Source: the human T2T-CHM13v2.0 reference genome, Homo sapiens. From it: a DNA stretch of 64,000 nt. Below are positions 60,187 through 64,000 of this stretch, one piece after another. The stretch covers positions 29,568,001 through 29,632,000 of the forward strand of contig CP068257.2 in assembly GCA_009914755.4 (NCBI GenBank), given 5' to 3'. The notes beneath the pieces were generated by a model. It was given only the letters and a program-made list of their open reading frames with translations, was not told the DNA's origin and searched no databases. Both the position numbers and the translations under genes were made by a program. Each line of letters begins with the position of its first letter. The stretch's first letter is position 1.

Positions 60187-61112
60187 TTTTAAGAGTATAA
60201 AAAGGTCTAAGAATGGCTAACATAAGCTATCTCTCAACTACCTACCCACCTTCCAACTTCCCAAAAACAGATCTTGGCAAAGAAGATATATATTCTTGTT
60301 GAAAATGCATGGGTTTGTTTGCAAAATAAATATCTCATTGCTTAACTTACGTGCCAGAAAAAGAAAGATAAAGAGAAAAGAAAAAAAAAAAAGCATCAAA
60401 CAGAAGATAGAGGAGAACAGAAAAAAAAAAGGGTGTTTTAAAAATCGATTTTACATGAAAAAATTTGTTTTATAAAAACCTGAGGTTCTTAACCAGAAAG
60501 AAGCCTCTAGATGGACTTTAGGGGACCTATGGATCCCTTGAAATGATATGCAGAAGGGTGGTCCCTGTCTTTATCTAAGGAAAACGTCCACATTTTTCAT
60601 CTGATTCTCAAGAGTCTGTGACCAAAGGTCAAGAATCATATGGTTGTTGATGTGCATTTTCAGCCCAGGAAACAAACTTATCTCTGAGTCATTGAAGCTC
60701 AGTTGCAAAATAAAACAAAACTTTAAACATCAAGACAATTTTTCTAGGAACTCAAGCTCCTCCTCTGACAATGCTGCACTCTTTACCTTGTTATTAATGA
60801 AATCATCAACGCGACTACTTGCTTATCAAAGAAAGCAGCCGTGAGGGATGGCTCTGCTACAGTTATCCTGGCCATCTCTCTCCGTAATCAGTGTTTTAGG
60901 TGACAAAAGTGGGCAGTAATAATTTTCTTTTCAGCCAAGTCCTTTTTTTTTTTTTTTTTGTATCTGTACCAAAATTGAGGGTTTTGATCTTAAAATCTGA
61001 GGATATTGAGCTGAAACCTTTTCAAGCACGGGGAGGTAGTCAGTGTGGGTGTGTGCTTTGGAAGAAAAGGCCCTCCTTGATTAGCAAGTCAGAAAGAAGA
61101 CTTGGATTTTTG

Positions 61113-61417
<305 letters not shown>

Positions 61418-64000
61418 TCATCCAGTTGTGACACCTCATCTCCTAATCTCTTTATTTTCTAGGGATGCTGCTGTGTCTGAAACTGGCCAGTGAAACCCAC
61501 AAATCTATTCACCAGCACCACACCTGGCTAGGGACGCTCCGAGAGCCGGGCTCCTTGCTGGTCTCCTGAGGCTGAGGTTCCCAGAGACATGCTCAGTACA
61601 ACCTGGCCGTGTTCCTTCATCTCCCAAGTGGATGAATGAAGCTCTCCTCACAAGCATGCACAACGGCTCCACGCCAAAGCTTCCCACAGAACACAGAACC
61701 TGGCTATAAGGCTCCATCAAACGGCAGGTTTCTCTCTCTCTCCAACTCACCCACTGAAAGTTTCAGAGACACGGGAGAGCAGAACCCTAGAACAATGAGG
61801 CAATCTTCAACATCACAACTAACAACTCCTATTTATTAAGCATTTGTATGTGTAAAACTGTGCCATGAGTTTTCCATTCATTCCCTTGCAGAATCTCCAG
61901 CCTCATTTAAGAGGCACTGAGATCCATGGAAGTCAAATAACCAAGAGGTAACAACCTCAAAGTTGCAAGCTCAGATATGCTGCTAACTTCCTTGTCTGAC
62001 ACTAGGCAGCCCCCTCCTCTGTCTGTAACCAAAGAAATTCATAAAGTTCAGGCCCAAAGACGAACTAGCCATCAACTAAATCTAAGGAGTAACCTATTAA
62101 GTACTTTTACAGAAACCAACAGAAATAAATTCTGCTTCAAATAGCATGAGGCTTTACTCATACTGACTCCCAAGACAAACTTTTCTGCACAGCGCACATG
62201 TGGATGCACAACAAACATGCTCATAAAATACACGAATTAAACCAAAAATTGCCAGCAGACCCTGTAGCACATATGTGCCACCATTCAAGACTTAAATGTG
62301 AACTCCTGTGACTTCACATTACAATAATCCATCCAACTACTGAAAAAATCCAAAAACAGGAAAAAGGGCCAAAAACCCATTTTTGATCATTTTCAAATCA
62401 AATGAAGTTGTTCACATTATTTCAGATAAAATGTGTTTTCTTCCAGGCTTAGAGGTCATGCTCTTGGGTCAAATGTCTGCCAGGAACTCTTTTCTGGGGA
62501 GTAAAATTGCTGACAGGATGATCACAGATTCAACTACATCATCAGGGCAGCCAAGGAGACTTTAATATCTATGATTCAAGCTCACTGGAGAGGTCCCCTG
62601 GGTCAAAAACTTTTACCAAAAAAAAAGAAAAAAATTTTTTTTAAAAAAGCATTCTTTTCAAGGAAGCTTCCACACCCACTGCCTCTTAAAATACACTGTT
62701 TGGAACATAGTGGGCTCTCAAGAAATAGCGTTGGATGAACACGCCAAACTTAGACTAGGAAATGTGGGCGGGTGGATAGTGTTGTGCATAATTCCGGGGT
62801 TTGTTTCAAGTCATTAAAGATCCTCACTCAACATATAAAGTCAATACAAAAATAATACTTCCGTGCATTTTATACGCTCCACAAGAGGTTTCCATGCATG
62901 GTATCCTATTTGGTTCTCCCAATGGCCCTGTGGGAGGCTGGTGTCACTCAGACTGGACAGCAACAGATCCTGGGGCACAGAAGATGGAGTGACTGGCCCA
63001 AGGTCACCACTGGGTAAGCACACATGCCAGGATGCAAATGCACTTCTTAGGATTCCTGGCCAATGGCACTTCCCATTACATTAAGCTGCCTAAGCAGTGA
63101 TTTTATGAGACACCACCTTTAGATGATCTCACTTCCATATATTCACAATTTTAGAAGGTGACAAGCCAAAGAATAGAAATTTCGTATAATAATGACACAT
63201 GAGAGCTTTCAGTGGTACCAGACCTAGAGGGGAGAACTGTCCTTTGCTTTGCCCATTTTCTGGGGGTAGCCGTAACTCAAAGGCTCAAATCCCCATCAGC
63301 CATCGAGTATAGGGGAGAGCCATCCCTAGTGTCAGAACCACAGAGAGCCAAAATACAACAGGGCACCCTTCTCAAATCTTACATAGCATATGCACTAACT
63401 GAGCACTGTTCAGGTAGAAATGAAAGTCCAAGGTGATGTTCTGTTTTTAACAGTCTGCGTCACTGTATCCTTCTCTAAGCTCCGAAGGCCCCATAGATCA
63501 TCTCTTTGAATCAGCCTTGCAGTGCCAATCTGATAATGCCTTCAAGACAGCCCTTCAATCCCTTTCAGGTGACTCTTTAATAGGTCACATATCTCCATGA
63601 TCTGTCCAATTGACAGTGCAGAAGTAGCCCTCGCAGGGTAGACAGAGGGGCTGCAGGTGGGTTATCTGGTCATTTGTGTCATTACAATCTCAATTCAGAA
63701 GAGATGGGTTTAAAATTCAGGGAGTGCATCTGGAGGCAAGCTTCAGGCTTACGTTCTCAGACCACAGATGCAGCCTTGGTAGCAACTTGGTTTCTAGGAC
63801 ACAAGTGTTTTTTTTTCTTTCCTTAGAGTCAAGGGGTACACGTGCATGTTTGTTACATGGATATATTATGCAATACTGAGATTTGGGCTTCTATTGAACC
63901 CATCACCCAAACAATGAACACAGTACCCAATAATTCGTTTTTCAACTCTTGCTCCCCTCCCTCCCAGCTTTTGGAGTCCCCAGTGTCTACTGTTTCCACC

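Overview
This window is human (primate) genomic DNA: it is dense with Alu SINEs, carries L1 3'-end fragments, and has microsatellites. It is not a prokaryotic or accessory-element locus, so I find no operon-like or defence-type system here.

The main content is an internal stretch of the TIAM1 gene (T-lymphoma invasion and metastasis 1, a Rac GEF on chr21q22), transcribed from the minus strand. Eight coding exons can be reconstructed, each with canonical AG/GT splice sites. In transcript order (high to low coordinate) they run from the region just before the N-terminal PH domain, through PHn, the coiled-coil, the Ex region and the Ras-binding domain. The large N-terminal coding exon and the PDZ, DH and PH exons lie outside the window.

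The remaining ~97% is intronic. I count roughly 40 Alu insertions, many with recognisable target-site duplications (TSDs). There are several L1 3'-end fragments, a ~285-bp (AAAG)n tract, (AC)n, (TA)n, (AAT)n and (GGAA)n repeats, and pure poly(A) runs.

The ORF track appears to accept TTG/GTG as start codons and print them as M. Nearly all listed ORFs are repeat-derived or antisense to the one GC-rich exon. Only five of them (51358..51882, 45106..45402, 25320..25667, 17215..17415, 9715..9924, all minus strand) contain real TIAM1 coding sequence; three further exons are shorter than the track cutoff and were found by direct translation.

Observations worth a second look:
- a U6 snRNA 5' fragment fused to an Alu inside a single pair of TSDs;
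- a rearranged ~320-bp copy of nearby sequence inserted into an Alu with a 15-bp duplication;
- inverted Alu pairs tightly flanking two small in-frame exons;
- a three-monomer Alu;
- several young-looking Alus with perfect TSDs.

Repeat coordinates are approximate (about +/-10 nt). Exon coordinates are intended to be exact but carry a +/-1 nt caveat where noted.
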